A stretch of 61,289 bases of DNA, counting the filler, from Dugesia japonica (taxonomy: Eukaryota): assembly GCA_001938525.1 (NCBI GenBank). It is 6 parts of 6 records of this genome, joined end to end, with 100 filler letters (N's around TTAATTAATTAA, not from the genome) between each part and the next. Parts side by side here need not be neighbours in the genome. Positions count along the whole stretch, not along the records: positions 1 to 9,758 come from MQRL01582998.1; positions 9,859 to 21,033 come from MQRL01496674.1; 4 more parts are not named here. One strand, written 5' to 3'. Positions within the stretch are counted from its first letter, which is position 1; each line of letters opens with the position of its first letter. This document shows positions 1-13,300 of the stretch, in pieces. Under the pieces are notes generated by a model that searched no databases, was not told where the DNA came from, and was given only the letters and a program-made list of their open reading frames with translations. The position numbers and the translations under genes are program-made.

Positions 1-1548
1 TTTTTTTTTATAATTTAAATATTAAAATTTGATACTATTTTTAGTAATTAAATAAAATTAAATATGATAATGTAATAACCTTAACTAGTTAAAACAACAA
101 AATTTATATTATTAATAATTAACAATAATTTTATTAATTACGACAATTATTCCATATCTCACAGAAGTCATTAAAAGTTTAAGAATTTTCAAAGAAGTAG
201 TTAAATATTTTTAAAAATCGCATCGAAGTCATAAAAAAAATTCTCAGCTGTTCTCGCGTGTACCTTTTCATCTAATATCTTTACATCACTGCACATATTT
301 TGCAATGTACTTTTCAGTACGTTCATTACCATTTTATGTTAGCAAACGTCATCGGGTATATCAATCGCAATTTTATCCGTCATCATTATCATCGTGCAAA
401 TGTGAATTTGAGTGTTTAAAGTATCTTACAATATATTAGTTGAAACTACCTGAAATTTATTTTGTTGTAAATTTGTTGATTTTTAAAAAAAGAGAGAAAG
501 GAAATATTCAATAACAAAATTGTGATAAATTTAAAAATGAATGTGTATTAATGTGTATTCCGATTGTCTAAAAATCACTAATTCAAATAAGTCGAGCATT
601 TATGTTCGATAATTATTACTAAAATAAAATTGTTGGTTTCACGTTTCAATTAATTTTAAGCAAAGAATTCACGAAAATTATGTGTAATGAATTTTAATTT
701 GGATATTATGTTTGAATGGATTTTGAAAATTCTCTCACTAGAACGAAATATATTTTACGAGATGAAAATCTATACTGTTTAAACCTTTGAGGGACGGAAT
801 TTTAGAAAATATCTAAATTATTAATAAAGAAAATGTAATATAAAAACAAAAAGTAATTCAACTAAGTTTTTTATATATTTACGCGTCAAAAATTTGGAAC
901 ATTTTTAACATCGTTGTGTTATAAAAATAAAATTGGAATTACTCCTGTTAGATATTCAAAGAAAATTAGATAGAAATTATTTTATGTGTAAGAGCTATAT
1001 TTAAAAATTTCAAGAATTTGAAAGTTGGAGTTCTGTGTTTATTGTTTTCTACTTGAAAATGATTTTGTAATTTAGTTTAATTATTCTTAACCAAGTAAAA
1101 CTTCCATTTAAAATAAAGACTGATAATATTCAAAATATTCGAAAATTTAATATATTAATCACAGGTTTTTTCACCATACTTTGACATATACTAAGAATCT
1201 AAATATTCCAATGTCTTCCGCCTGAAGATATGGTGTTAATCGGCCTGGAATAACTACCATTAAAATGTTTCTTTGGTGACAATGTTTTTAACCGCCTTGA
1301 CAATATGTGCCCTACAAGAATCTCAAATGATGCAATTATTGATTTTAGTGCCTTGGGTTATCAAAGATCTGCTTACGACTGTTATCAGTATTTCATTTTG
1401 GTATTAAATGGACGTAAATTCTTTTACTTAATAGATAATTAAAAGCGCATCTTTTTTCTAATTTGCCTAAAGCGAAATATCAGTTGTTACTCTCATGGAA
1501 AAGTAAATCCTGTTGAACAAATGATGACATGCCGTCTTCCATTTAGAT

Positions 1549-1600
1549 CAGTGGTTCTCAAACTCGGGACCGTGACGCGGTTTCAAGCGGACCGTGAAGG
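1549..1600 (+). mobile_element. Left end of a hAT-type (Charlie-like) non-autonomous element
   Basis: CAGTGGTTCTCAAACT...GGACCGTGA resembles a typical hAT terminus. No partner end found. Confidence 0.4.
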
Positions 1601-2228
1601 AATTACTTTCCTGAGATATTTTACCAATGACTTTGTAAATCGACTATTTCGAGATATGTCGCTTAAGCAATCATTCATTAACCGGATTAGAAACGTTTAA
1701 TTTGCTCAAATAGCGCAGAATTGATTGTTTTGTTTTCTTTCGATTTAAATTTTGTTTCAATGTTCATTTCAAACTGTTAAATTAAAATTTATTTTTATAA
1801 AATTATTCTATAATTATAAATCGTTGTAACAATTTACTTCTATAAAATTTTATTTATAATTATTTTCTAATAATTTTATGAAATTCGTCTATTTATTGGA
1901 ATGTGATTATATAAATGTGGGATCTTATAAAGACAGTTTGAAATTATGAATTTTTTTAATTAATTAATTAATTAATACTTAAGTATATAAAAAACAAGTT
2001 ACATTAAAAATTTTCTCTTATTATATTTTATTTTTTGAAAAGGTTAAATTTTTTTATGATAAATTTAGATTATGATAATTTTCATGCAGCAAAAATAATT
2101 TCTAGAAAAAATAAATTTGTGAGAAATTTTATAAATATTAATCATTTAAATAAATAAAACTGTTGTTTAAACCCTTTACGTTTTTATTAAACTTTGTTTT
2201 CTTAAATTATCCAGTCATTTTTAATAAT

Positions 2229-2603
2229 ATGTCGTCAAACGAGTAATTGTTATTGAGGATTTTATTATTATTTATTATTAATTTCAGAAATGATAATGTA
2301 AAGGCTGTAATTTTGAGAAGTAAAGCAAAACAAAATCGATTAATTGTAAAGTACCTTATGTCATGGAAGTTGCTTTAAAGAGATTTAGAAAACAATTGAC
2401 GAGTTACAATTGTTCAATGGCAGCACAGTATTGTCAATAGGTAAGATACGTGAACTAGTTCTCATTGCTCTATTAGATGAGACACTGAGGCAATTAGTAT
2501 GAATGGATATATTCGTCAAAATCTTTGAGTAAGATTAGGATATGTAATCTCGATTCCACATCGACGTGTGACCAATTGATGATACAATTGAAGGTGCTAC
2601 AAG
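2229..2603 (+). pseudogene. Decayed p97/VCP/CDC48 paralogue, N-domain exons (exon 1 2229-2242, 45-nt intron, exon 2 2288-2603)
   Basis: Across frameshifts and stops it translates to MSSNENDNVKAVILRSKAKQNRLIV..IDELQLFNGSTVLSIGKIRELVLIALLDET..MNGYIRQNL*VRLGYVISI..PIDDTIEGAT. This matches the p97 N-domain (AILKQKNRPNRLIV..MDELQLFRGDTVLLKGK..RNNLRVRLGDVISI..PIDDTVEGITG). A GT donor follows at 2604. Confidence 0.85.
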
Positions 2604-3116
2604 GTAATAATAATATTATTTTGAACATTTAAATATGATTAGTGATTATAACTTTAATTTCAATTTGGTGCACGATCACATAACTATCAGTTCCAATAAA
2701 TAAATTGACTATTTAAATATTGTGATTCTCATTGCAGATTTTAATAATCCTGTATACAGCTGACTACTATCGTCATTAAGGTATCCTAAACAAATAATTA
2801 TAGAATTGCTAAATTACATTTTCAAATTTAAACACTAACTTATGTTAATATCCCTCTTAAGGGTATTTTACAAGTTAGGCGTATATCTTTGACATACGAA
2901 TTTTGTGCTTGTTTTGCGAATATGAATTCTCGACTTGTTTCCTCAACTTCTTGGTATTTCTATAAAAACCAGTTATTTGATTAATTAGTTTATGCCAAGA
3001 AAATATATTTGAGTCCTGTTCTTCCGCATTAGCACACATTTCTGTGTATCTGTTGACAACGTCGAATTAAGATTTTCAGGAAACCCTCAACTCCTGTTCT
3101 CTAATTTTTTTTAAGC

Positions 3117-3430
3117 TCGGGTTCTACCGATATGTTTTTTGCCGAGATGAGTATTTGTTAGGACAGAAACCAGTAGTCATGTTTGATGACATTCCAGAAT
3201 TGCATCTAAACTATAAGCATTCTAATCCTGATGCTAATACTCGATTCTATATTTCGCATAGGAATCCACAAATTTGAGACAACCATAAATTCCCTAATAG
3301 CGTAGTTGGGTATACACTGTATCTACTTATTATGAAATATATGTGACATCAATATCGGGACCTATACATGCTACCGATACCGATATTTACGAAACCCTGA
3401 TATCGGTGCCGATATATCGGTAGACCCCTA
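3117..3430. mobile_element. hAT-like MITE
   Basis: Imperfect TIRs TCGGGTTCTACCGATAT / ATATCGGTAGACCCCTA with subterminal CCGATA repeats. The TSD is poorly preserved. Confidence 0.5.
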
Positions 3431-5924
3431 CCGAAAGCATGAAAATTTCTTAAATTTTAGATAATATTATAATATAATGTGAAACTTATTTTCAGAAATA
3501 CATAAAAAAAAATTGATGTTTTGCGGAAATATCTCATTTCAACTGTAATTTAACTGATTTTATAATAACATTTCAAAATTAAAAAAGTTGTTANNNNNGG
3601 CAAGTCAAACTATTTTACCAATGTTTGGGTGCACCGGGTGGTAATTCAACTTGCCTACCCTAACCCTGTCATTCCCGTCGATCGGGTGTATTGTGGATTA
3701 TATATCTACTTATTATCCAAGCATTTAATTTCATATATGATCTCAAGAACATTGTCACAGCTAAATCAATAAAAATCTATTTAAAGTTCAAATATCTAAT
3801 CTGACATTTAAAACAGAATAATTAAACAAATTTATAGTTTTTTATTTATCAAACTTTCTCCCTCTCTTTTTATCAATTCTACCTCAATTCTTCTAAATCT
3901 GGAACTTATCTAACCGAACTTGGTGAGGTCCTAAAAATTCAGCAAATTTACAAGCATCTTTATTTAGTAAATCATTTTACTATCGTTTTTGAGGGTTTTT
4001 TCTTACTAAGAAGTCACCTACTTCGAATTCGTGACTAACAAGTTTATTCCTTGATTTTCAATTCTATTTTAAGATTATTATAAGCATTGTTTTGTAAATT
4101 CGTTCTCCAAAGCTGTGTTCCTTATTTATGTGAGTATTTATCTTCCTCCTATAAATGATTTCCATTGGTGAGAATCTCGTTGATACTGTACAATTGTATT
4201 TAAACTCCATTCTAGGAAAAAGCTTATCCGAAGATTTTTTTTTCTCTTCTCCCGCTTTCATTGAAGTCACTATCAGGTTTCGAACTGTTCTGATTGCTCG
4301 TTCAGCTAATCCAATAGATTTATATTCAAATACTTTATCGCTGTCCGACACGATTTTCTGTGGTTTAATGAATCTATAAATCCATTGGTTTAATAGAGTG
4401 CTTTTTAAATCGGTTTCATTTTGACCGTTTGTAGTAAGACTAATCATTTTACTAAATTGATCGATGATACAATCATATATCTTTATTTGACCAACAGATA
4501 AAAGATTGACATTGTCGTATTATATTTTGAATATCTCTTATCATATTTGGCCACAAGAAATAATCTGATACATATTTTATGCTTGTCTTCATTCCAACAT
4601 GTCATAAATAAAGTAGTTTATTTCATTTGGTGGTATTGCAATCTTACGAACCCCATAATGTTCAATGTTGATCAAATCGTCTTCAATTAAATGATTCAAG
4701 TGCTTTCTGTAAATGGATTCGTTTGGATCTTTGTCTTCTCCAGTGAGATATTTTTGCTCTTTAATGAACAGTTCATTACCTTTAAATCTGTTAATATAGC
4801 TTTCCACATTGTCTACAGAATCATCCAAAACATTCAAATATTTTACTTTACACATTTTGAATTCAGCATCTACATGTTCGGTTTGGAATTGAGAACAATA
4901 ACTTGAAAGAATACGAGAAATGCCATCTGCGTTTGCGTGTTGCTCATCTTTTCTGTATCTAAGCTCAAAATGGCGCAAAGCTTTTCCCATATAAATAATG
5001 AGGAAAATGCCTGAAGAATTCATTTAACGCCAGTAATTCTTTACGTTGTCACAGAAGAAATTTTTTTCATGGGCATTTAATAGTCTTGATCCGTGTAATA
5101 TTACCACTTCATGTCCATTTTGAATCAATACTGAACTGATCCCGCTAAAGCTAACATCAGTATCCAATATTAATATGGTTGTTTGAATTCGGAAAACCTA
5201 ATATTGGCGCAGTACATAAAGCTTGCTTGATTTCGTTATAGGTTGTTTTGCACTCCTCAGACTTTGGATTTCTCGTTTATAACCCTACGTTGCAGCATAT
5301 AAAGGGTTTGCAATTAGGTTTCAACCCGTCTTGGCCCAAAATAACGATTCACTTTGATATAGTTTACATTTGGATTGATTGAGTCAAGAATTCTGAATTC
5401 CTTGAAATACATTTTCAAGTATTTTATCATGTTCTGATCGACTTTTTGCAAGTATTAGAANNNNNNNNNNNNNNNNNNNNNNNNNNNNNNNNNNNNNNNN
5501 NNNNNNNNNNNNNNNNNNNNNNNNNNNNNNNNNNNNNNNNNNNNNNNNNNNNNNNNNNNNNNNNNNNNNNNNNNNNNNAATCTTGTCGTCTTCGTTTAAT
5601 TGTACTTGATAATAATCTTGTTCCACATCCAAAGTTGAAAAGATAATACAACAACAAAGATGACCAAACAAGGTTTGTGGATCTGGAATTATAAATTTAA
5701 CCATTCCTTTTAGCAAAAATTACCTTCGGATAATTCTTTGATAATTCTTTGATAATATCGTTTTCCATCAGTTGCTGAACCAATTCATCAATCACCTGTT
5801 CGAGATGTTTTGGTTGACGCTGAGGTTGTAGAATAGCAATGAATTGTTTTATTTTTCCAAATTCAAAAGTATCTGCCCTAAATATCTTTTAAATCATTAT
5901 CCTACAATGTAAACAATTCTTAAC

Positions 5925-6593
5925 AGTAGGTAGATAGTGGCACACGGGCACAATTTGGCAATGAGTCAAAATTCGGGCACAATTATTTTTAAGCAGTTAT
6001 CGAGGCCCCCCTCACCTGGGGGGCTCTGAAACAACGCTTAAGCTGCGTTTTTTAACCATGATTTTTGTGATTAAAAATTATTTGATCGGATCAAATTTTT
6101 TGATCTGATTAGTTTTTTTATCCTGAAGGTGTGTGTGTATTTTTTAATTTTCTTTGTGTTTGGGTTGTTAAGGTGCTTTTTAAAAAGTAGGTCAAGTTGT
6201 GTTTGTGTGTGTGTGTAAAAGACTGAAAAAACGAGGAGTACCTGGAGATCTTGGAGATCATTTTTTTGGATTTTGATTATTTATTTCTTGTCGGACAAAA
6301 TTTATATCCCAAACAAAAAGAAAATTTAAAAATACACACACACCTTCAGGATAAAAAAAAACTAATCAGATCAAAAAAAAATTTGATCCGATCAAAGATT
6401 TTTTGATCCTAAAAATCTAAGAAAAAAAATCGATCACAAAAATCATGATTAAAATAACGCATCTTAACCGTAATGTGTTTCCGAGTTCCCCCCGGAAGAG
6501 GAGAGGCTGAGGGCTCGATAACTGCTTAAAAATAATTGTGCCCGAATTTTGACTCATTGCCAAATTGTGTCGGTGTGCCACGATATATCTACT
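5925..6593. mobile_element. Foldback non-autonomous element with ~250-bp TIRs, AGT...ACT termini and a 6-bp TSD (Polinton/Maverick-like signature)
   Basis: Left end AGTAGGTAGATAGTGGCACACGGGCACAATTTGGCAATGAGTCAAAATTCGGGCAC mirrors the right end. CTTAAC is duplicated at 5919-5924 and 6594-6599. Inserted in the Gypsy element. Confidence 0.85.
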
Positions 6594-7511
6594 CTTAACA
6601 TTTCCAAATTATATTTTAACTTTTCCAATTCCTGAACAATTCACTGTTTCTTTTGAAAATGCACCACTTAATTTAATATTGCATCTATCCAACGGAAAAG
6701 ATCTAAATTCCTCAAAATATTGTAAGCATTCCACGGTACTTAGACTATTTTACTTCTTACTTTGACTATACTCCTAATCATTCTTTTTATACATCAGAAT
6801 TCCGATTTTTAGTTGTATTAACTTCACCGACAAAATTGAAACAATAAAGTCTCTTTCGTTCAAATAGCTAACATTATCTTTGATCATCTTTAATTTCAAA
6901 ATTTATTTTCTGTTTTATTTATTTACCAAAATTTTCGTCGTTCGCAATTTTCGCCTAACTTCCGCATTTTATCCGGCTTAATTTGTGGTTTAAGAGCAAA
7001 TTATTTTCTCCGCTTTTCGGAACCAACTCTTTTCTTGATTATTTGCTGAGCAATTTCATCTAGACTCAATCAATCCTGATTCAAATATTGCTTAGACTGA
7101 TTTTAAAACTCTTTTTTCAAAACGTTCACTTTCATTTTGTCGAATTCCACCACTTTCGTATATAATTTGGAGAGCGGACTTTTCTTTTATGAATTTAACT
7201 TTAAACCATTAATTTTATCGTTGACATTCCACCGGTTTTTAGATGCTTGCCATTGTCTTTTGCCTAATAGAACATGAAACGTGGATAATAAATCGAAAGA
7301 TTTCAATTTCATTTAATCATTTTACTGGATCTTTGTCATAATTCCCACAGAATTTTAGGGGTTAGACTCTTTAGATCATTAGATTATAGATCCTTTTTGC
7401 TATGGTTTCCTGGTTTCGAGTAATTGCGTTCAGTCGGGCTGGATCCCCAGTTAAATCAAGTCTTAAATTTCATTAAAGTCTATATAAAGTTCAAATATTT
7501 AATGACACTTA

Positions 7512-7687
7512 AGTAGGTAGATAGTAGCGCACTAAATCACCCCCCCTAGACAAAGAAACTTTAGAACAAAGAGGATGAGTCATAAGTATGAATCATCGAT
7601 GACTAAGACGATGACTCATGCTCCTTGTTCTAATAGTTCTTTGTCTAATGGGGGAGGGGGTGATCTATTGCGCTACTATCTCTTACT
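7512..7687. mobile_element. 176-bp palindromic MITE of the AGTAGGTAGATAGT family with a 6-bp TSD
   Basis: Ends AGTAGGTAGATAGTAGCGCA ... TGCGCTACTATCTCTTACT. CACTTA is duplicated at 7506-7511 and 7688-7693. It interrupts the Gypsy 5' LTR. Confidence 0.85.
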
Positions 7688-8295
7688 CACTTAAATTACA
7701 ATGTTTAAGAAATTTATATAGATTTTTAAATATCAACTATTACGGTTTTATTGGCTGCCATTGTTGAATTGAATATGTAGTCAAGTTGCAGTCAAGCAGT
7801 AAAATAATTGGTTAATTGTTTTGTGTACAAAGATTATTTGTTTATGTATTTCCATTAAAATTGGTTTCATTTTTTCATGAATGCTTTTTGGAATCTAATT
7901 TTTGAAAATGTAGATGGAAATAATTTTTCGAAAATGTAGATTTTTGGGTTAGTAAAACAAATACATTTAATTACTTGAATTACGAATAAAATTTCTTATA
8001 TATAGTTATGTAATCAGATACAGTTTTTCTTTTTAATACTGGAATATTATAGTACTGGAATATTATATAAAATTTAGTGGCTGTTTATTTTTGGAATATA
8101 TTAAATGATTCTAATGATAATTTAGATGTAATGTTAAAACATGTTTTATGCAAAGTTATAATTTTTATAATGCAGCAAAAATAATTTTTAGGAAAATTTA
8201 ATTATGAGAACAAGAAATTTCTGGAAGAAGCCTTGTTTATATAGAGTTATAAATAGAGTTATACATAGCCTTTTCCTGCATAAATTGCTTTATAA

Positions 8296-8868
<573 letters not shown>

Positions 8869-8984
8869 GATATTTATCTGCGCTAGTCTACTGTGTGTTG
8901 TATCGGTATCCATTTTTGAATTAGTTTAATAAAATACATAACTACTTGGTTCTAATGATCTAAAAATTATTAATTTTTATAATT

Positions 8985-9758
8985 AATTATCTAGTTTTTT
9001 CAATTTATTTTTCTAGTTTTCTAATTTAATTTATTTTTCTTGTTAAATTTAATTTATTTTTCTAGTTTTTTTATTTAATTTATTTTATTTTTATAGTTTT
9101 TTTAAATATAGAAAAATAAAATAAATTAATAAAAACTAGAAAAATAAAATAATTTAACTAATTTTCATTAAATTTTTTAGTTATTTTAATTTATCTAATT
9201 TTCATTAAATTTTTTAGTTATTTTAATTTATCTAATTTTCATTAAATTTTTTAGTTATTTTAATTTATCTAATTTTCATTAATATTTCTAGTTTTTAATT
9301 TATTTATCTTTCTAGTTTTCTTTAATTTTCGTTATTTTTTAATTAAAAAAAAACTAGAAATATTAATGAAAATTAAAGAAAACTAGAAAAATTATTTTAT
9401 TTTTCTAGTTTTTTAATTTTATTTTATTTTTCTAGTTTTTTAAATCTATTTTTTAGATTTTTTAAATTTTCAATATTATTTCCAGTTTTTTGATTTAAAA
9501 AAACTAGAAAAATCAAATAAATTTTAAAAAACTAGAAATATTAATGAAAATTAGATGATTTAAAATAACTAGAAAAATTAAATAATTTATCTAATTTTCA
9601 TTAATATTTCTAGTTTTTATTGATTTAATTTATTTTTCTAGATTTTTTAATTTTCATTAATATTTCTAGTTTTTTTTGATTTAATTTATTTTTCTAGTTT
9701 TTTTAATTTATTTTATTTTTCTAGATTTTTTAATTTTCATTAATATTTCTAGTTTTTT
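8985..9758. repeat. AT-rich degenerate minisatellite (TTTTCTAGTTTTTT-type units in both orientations, including a ~39-bp triplication)
   Basis: Directly visible repeated units. Confidence 0.8.
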
Positions 9759-9858
9759 NNNNNNNNNNNNNNNNNNNNNNNNNNNNNNNNNNNNNNNNNN
9801 NNTTAATTAATTAANNNNNNNNNNNNNNNNNNNNNNNNNNNNNNNNNNNNNNNNNNNN
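9759..9858. other. Artificial scaffold linker N-TTAATTAATTAA-N (also at 21034-21133, 31598-31697, 42562-42661, 51769-51868)
   Basis: The same six-frame-stop 12-mer centred in 100-nt N blocks, occurring five times. Confidence 0.95.
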
Positions 9859-9965
9859 ATTTATAAATCAATTATAATATTAATAAATCAATTATAATAT
9901 TAATAACTCAATTATAATATTAATAACTCAATCATAATATTAATAAATCCATTATAATATTAATT
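9859..9965. repeat. 20-bp tandem repeat (TAATAAATCAATTATAATAT)
   Basis: About 5 visible copies. Confidence 0.85.
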
Positions 9966-10058
9966 AAAATATCAATTATCAATCAATTATTAAATTAATC
10001 AATAATTTCATTAAAATAAGAAAAGCTTCGATCAAAATAAAATTTATTTGTAAAAAAA

Positions 10059-10092
10059 GTTCAAATTTTCGACAATATTCTTCTTCAGGAAC
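10059..10092 (-). ncRNA. Minimal type-I hammerhead ribozyme motif (one stem II mismatch)
   Basis: GTTC-CTGAAGA-A-GAA TATT GTC-GAAA-AT-TT-GAAC. Confidence 0.6.
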
Positions 10093-10179
10093 ATGTTGGC
10101 TTCTTGATATATTCAATACAATAGATCTGTGTATTGTATTTAAAGATCTATTGTATTTAATATCTCAAGAAGCTAACTT

Positions 10180-10213
10180 GTTCCTGAAGAAGACTATTGT
10201 CGAAAATTTGAAC
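10180..10213 (+). ncRNA. Minimal type-I hammerhead ribozyme motif
   Basis: GTTC-CTGAAGA-A-GAC TATT GTC-GAAA-AT-TT-GAAC. Stem I is GTTC/GAAC, stem II is GAC/GTC, and palindromic AATT replaces stem III. Confidence 0.75.
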
Positions 10214-10392
10214 CTTTTCACAAATAAATTTTATTTTGATCGAAGCTTTTTCTTATTTTAATGAAATAATAATCTCAAATGCGATCAATGGTTAATTGTC
10301 CAACAATTATTCTCACAACAATAATTGTAATTATAATAATAAATAATTCATGAGTAATGGATAAAAGTTGAACCAAAATCAATGAAACTCAC

Positions 10393-13300
10393 CTCCAGAT
10401 CAACTTTATACATAGCAATCATAAGTCTGGCACCCGGATGATTCAAAAGAGCAGTTTGACAAGCCTTGGTGACAGCCAAACTCATTTGACCAGGATTACA
10501 TGCCAATGAGGATATGGAATTGAAATCAAACATCTTTTCACAATCAGCAGCATCATTGATTATACTAATGTTTTCATTAGAATCAAGCTGAATATATAAT
10601 CAATATTAAATTATATATCATTAATAAATTAACTAGTAAATCAATAAACTAGTAAATCAATAAACTAGTAAATCAAAAAACTAGTAAATCAAAAAACTAG
10701 TAAATCAATAAACTAGTAAATCAATAAACTAGTAAATCAATAAACTAGTAAATCAANNNNNNNNNNNNNNNNNNNNNNNNNNNNNNNNNNNNNNNNNNNN
10801 NNNNNNNNNNNNNNNNNNNNNNNNNNNNNNNNNNNNNNNNNNNNNNNNNNNNNNNNNNNNNNNNNNNNNNNNNNNNNNNNNNNNNNNNNNNNNNNNNNNN
10901 NNNNNNNNNNNNNNNNNNNNNNNNNNNNNNNNNNNNNNNNNNNNNNNNNNNNNNNNNNNNNNNNNAAACTAGTAAATCAATAAACTAGTAAATCAAAAAA
11001 CTAGTAAATCAATAAACTAGTAAATCAAAAAACTAGTAAATCAAAAAACTAGTAAATCAAAAAACTAGTAAATCAATAAATAATTACCATCAAATCATAT
11101 GCTGATTCCCAAATATTATGAACAATAAAAGCTGTATTTTTGATCATTTCTTGACAGATTGGACCAGCTTTCAATGCTCGTTGGAACCCTTTCATAATGG
11201 AGTGAGCAAATGGGCCAAATTGCTGAGTATTGTTAACATCAACATTTGCATTCGATGAGAACAAGCCGGCAGCACCAATAAAACTAAATAGCATGTTGCA
11301 CTGAGTTGTCTGAGTGTTCCCAATTGCCCACAATTGATCCATCATTGATTGATAATCGATTGGAATGATATCCGTGTTCTGGCACATTTCCACTTCTTCT
11401 TTGTTTGCATTTTCCAGTGCAATCTTCAAGGAATTGAGTAAATGATTCTTCTGATCGACATTCTAGAAATCAAATCAATTAACTAATAATCCAATCCAAT
11501 CCAATCTGAAATCCTACCGATTGAGATAAATCGTTCTTAGTTTTAATTGCGTTATTAAGCAGAGACAGAACGACAGAATTCTTCTCGATCCACTCAACAA
11601 GTGAAGGAGGTAAACTATGAATACTTATTCTGCAACACAGCTGGGTTCCTGTTTTCTGTGGTAAACGAATATACACTATGATTGACTCCTTCAATCCCGA
11701 CTGTTTCGAATCGATGAGTTCCGATTTGATGATATTATTCGTTCTCAACTGTTTCAATTCCTCCGATAACGAATTAACACTGTCAAATATCGACAAATCA
11801 CAGCAGGATCGGTGGATAACTGTTTCTCTGAATGGTACAATCGGTGCCGATACATCAAGCTCGATGTGTGGAGCGATTCGATTTGTCAATTCATTGAGAC
11901 ATTTCTGTAAATGAATTTCTCCGGCAGCGTATAACAGCAATTCTCCAGTTGGAGATAACGACACGTTTACTATTGGATCTGCTTTCTCTAACAGTCGCAT
12001 AGCGTCTTGTAACTCGTTCAGATATGTGACTTTCTTCGGTTCTACTGACACACAAATGATATTGCAGTTCTCTTCCATGAGGACATCGCATTGAGAGAAA
12101 ACTCCCAAACACTCTTCCAATCTGCACTTCGCAACAAGAGCCAAATTCTTGTATGCCTGTTGGCTGTCCAATCCGGTAAATCCAACAATAAATCCAGCAG
12201 GGGCACCATTTTTCAATAAGATGGTGTCTTGTCCCGAGAATTGGTAAACGTTCTTCAGTCGTGTCACATAAACATCACAAGATTTCCGGTTGTTGCTGTC
12301 GTCTTCAACATACACGTTAATCGGACCTTCCTCGAAATCATCAGGAGTACATGCAAGAAATGATTGGCTGACTTTGTATGGATTAAATCTCGGGGCAAAT
12401 GCAAACATTTTCATGTCACTTCTAACCTGCCCACTGTAAATTCTACCGAGACCAATCAGATCGGTGTTCTGATGCGATTGAAACATAAATTTTGAGATGA
12501 ACACTACCACAGGTGCCTCTCTATCGGCCGATGCTTCTTTAAGGATATTTCTAGCTGATTTGAAAATTTCATTCGGAACTAGTAGAGATAATTTCTTGTC
12601 ACTGAGAGATTCTTTTGGATTAGGACATTTCTCTACGAGAGTATCGAAACACGTTACTGATAACGGTAACCATTTCCTAAATACGTTGCGAATATTTTCC
12701 AAATATGACGAATCTTTATTTTTTAATTCAACTGTTATTTCTAATTTCTTCATCATTTGACAGACTTTATCGATCTCCTTCAATTCAAGGGCTTTCTGAA
12801 ATATTATTGAATTAAATTTTTACTTTGCTAAATCTTTTCTACAACTACAAATACTACTACTAATGATAATGTTAATAATACAATAAGAAAACGTATTATT
12901 TTAGTGTGGAATCTTGTAACCCCCCTCAATATTGCACCACGGAATACTGTTCCCATCTACACGGCGACGATAATGAAAAGAACGGTATTCCAATCATAAA
13001 TTCTTATAATTCACTATAAATGACGTCATATAATTTTCTATACTACATCTACAGTTTCTAAACCTATTCAAACTCAATAATTCCATCTAATACGAGGTAA
13101 CAATGCGGGATTATTACATTTATAATGATCATTCAATTCGATAATTCCATTAAAAATTGAGAATCCTTTTCCATAAAAATATTGGAACATTTATTTCTTT
13201 TAATAATTTTGTTAGAAAAATTAATTATCATCTATTTCTCGATAAATATCAAATCTGAACAAATCGATGAGTATTCTTTGAATAATTCATTAGGAAATCT

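Larger units (their letters stand above)
3759..7738 (-). mobile_element. Degenerate Ty3/Gypsy LTR retrotransposon with short (~100 bp) LTRs
   Basis: Minus-strand pol remnants: RT (STLDVEQDYYQV, ~5400-5720), RNase H (LCTAPIL..ILDTDVSFSGISSVLIQ, ~5040-5230), YRKDEQHANADGISR (~4910-4960) and integrase (KPQKIVSD..SIGLAERAIRTVRNLI..FSPMEIIY, 4064-4447). Similar LTRs at 3759-3855 and 7449-7738, the latter interrupted by a MITE. PBS-like TGGGGATCCAGCCCGA abuts the 5' LTR. PPT AAAAGAGAGGGAGAA at 3856-3870. Flanks GTCAC/ATTAC form a degenerate 5-bp TSD. Confidence 0.85.
10007..10335. mobile_element. Inverted pair of Penelope-like pseudo-LTR fragments (near-perfect ~260-bp palindrome plus tail)
   Basis: Arms TTCATTAAAATAAGAAAAGCTTCGATCAAAA... 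/ ...TTTTGATCGAAGCTTTTTCTTATTTTAATGAA each carry a hammerhead core. Homologous to 17825-18048. Confidence 0.7.

Noticed and set aside
10630-11078. Regular 16-bp repeats resembling an array
   Set aside because: Head-to-tail minisatellite without spacers, inside an intron
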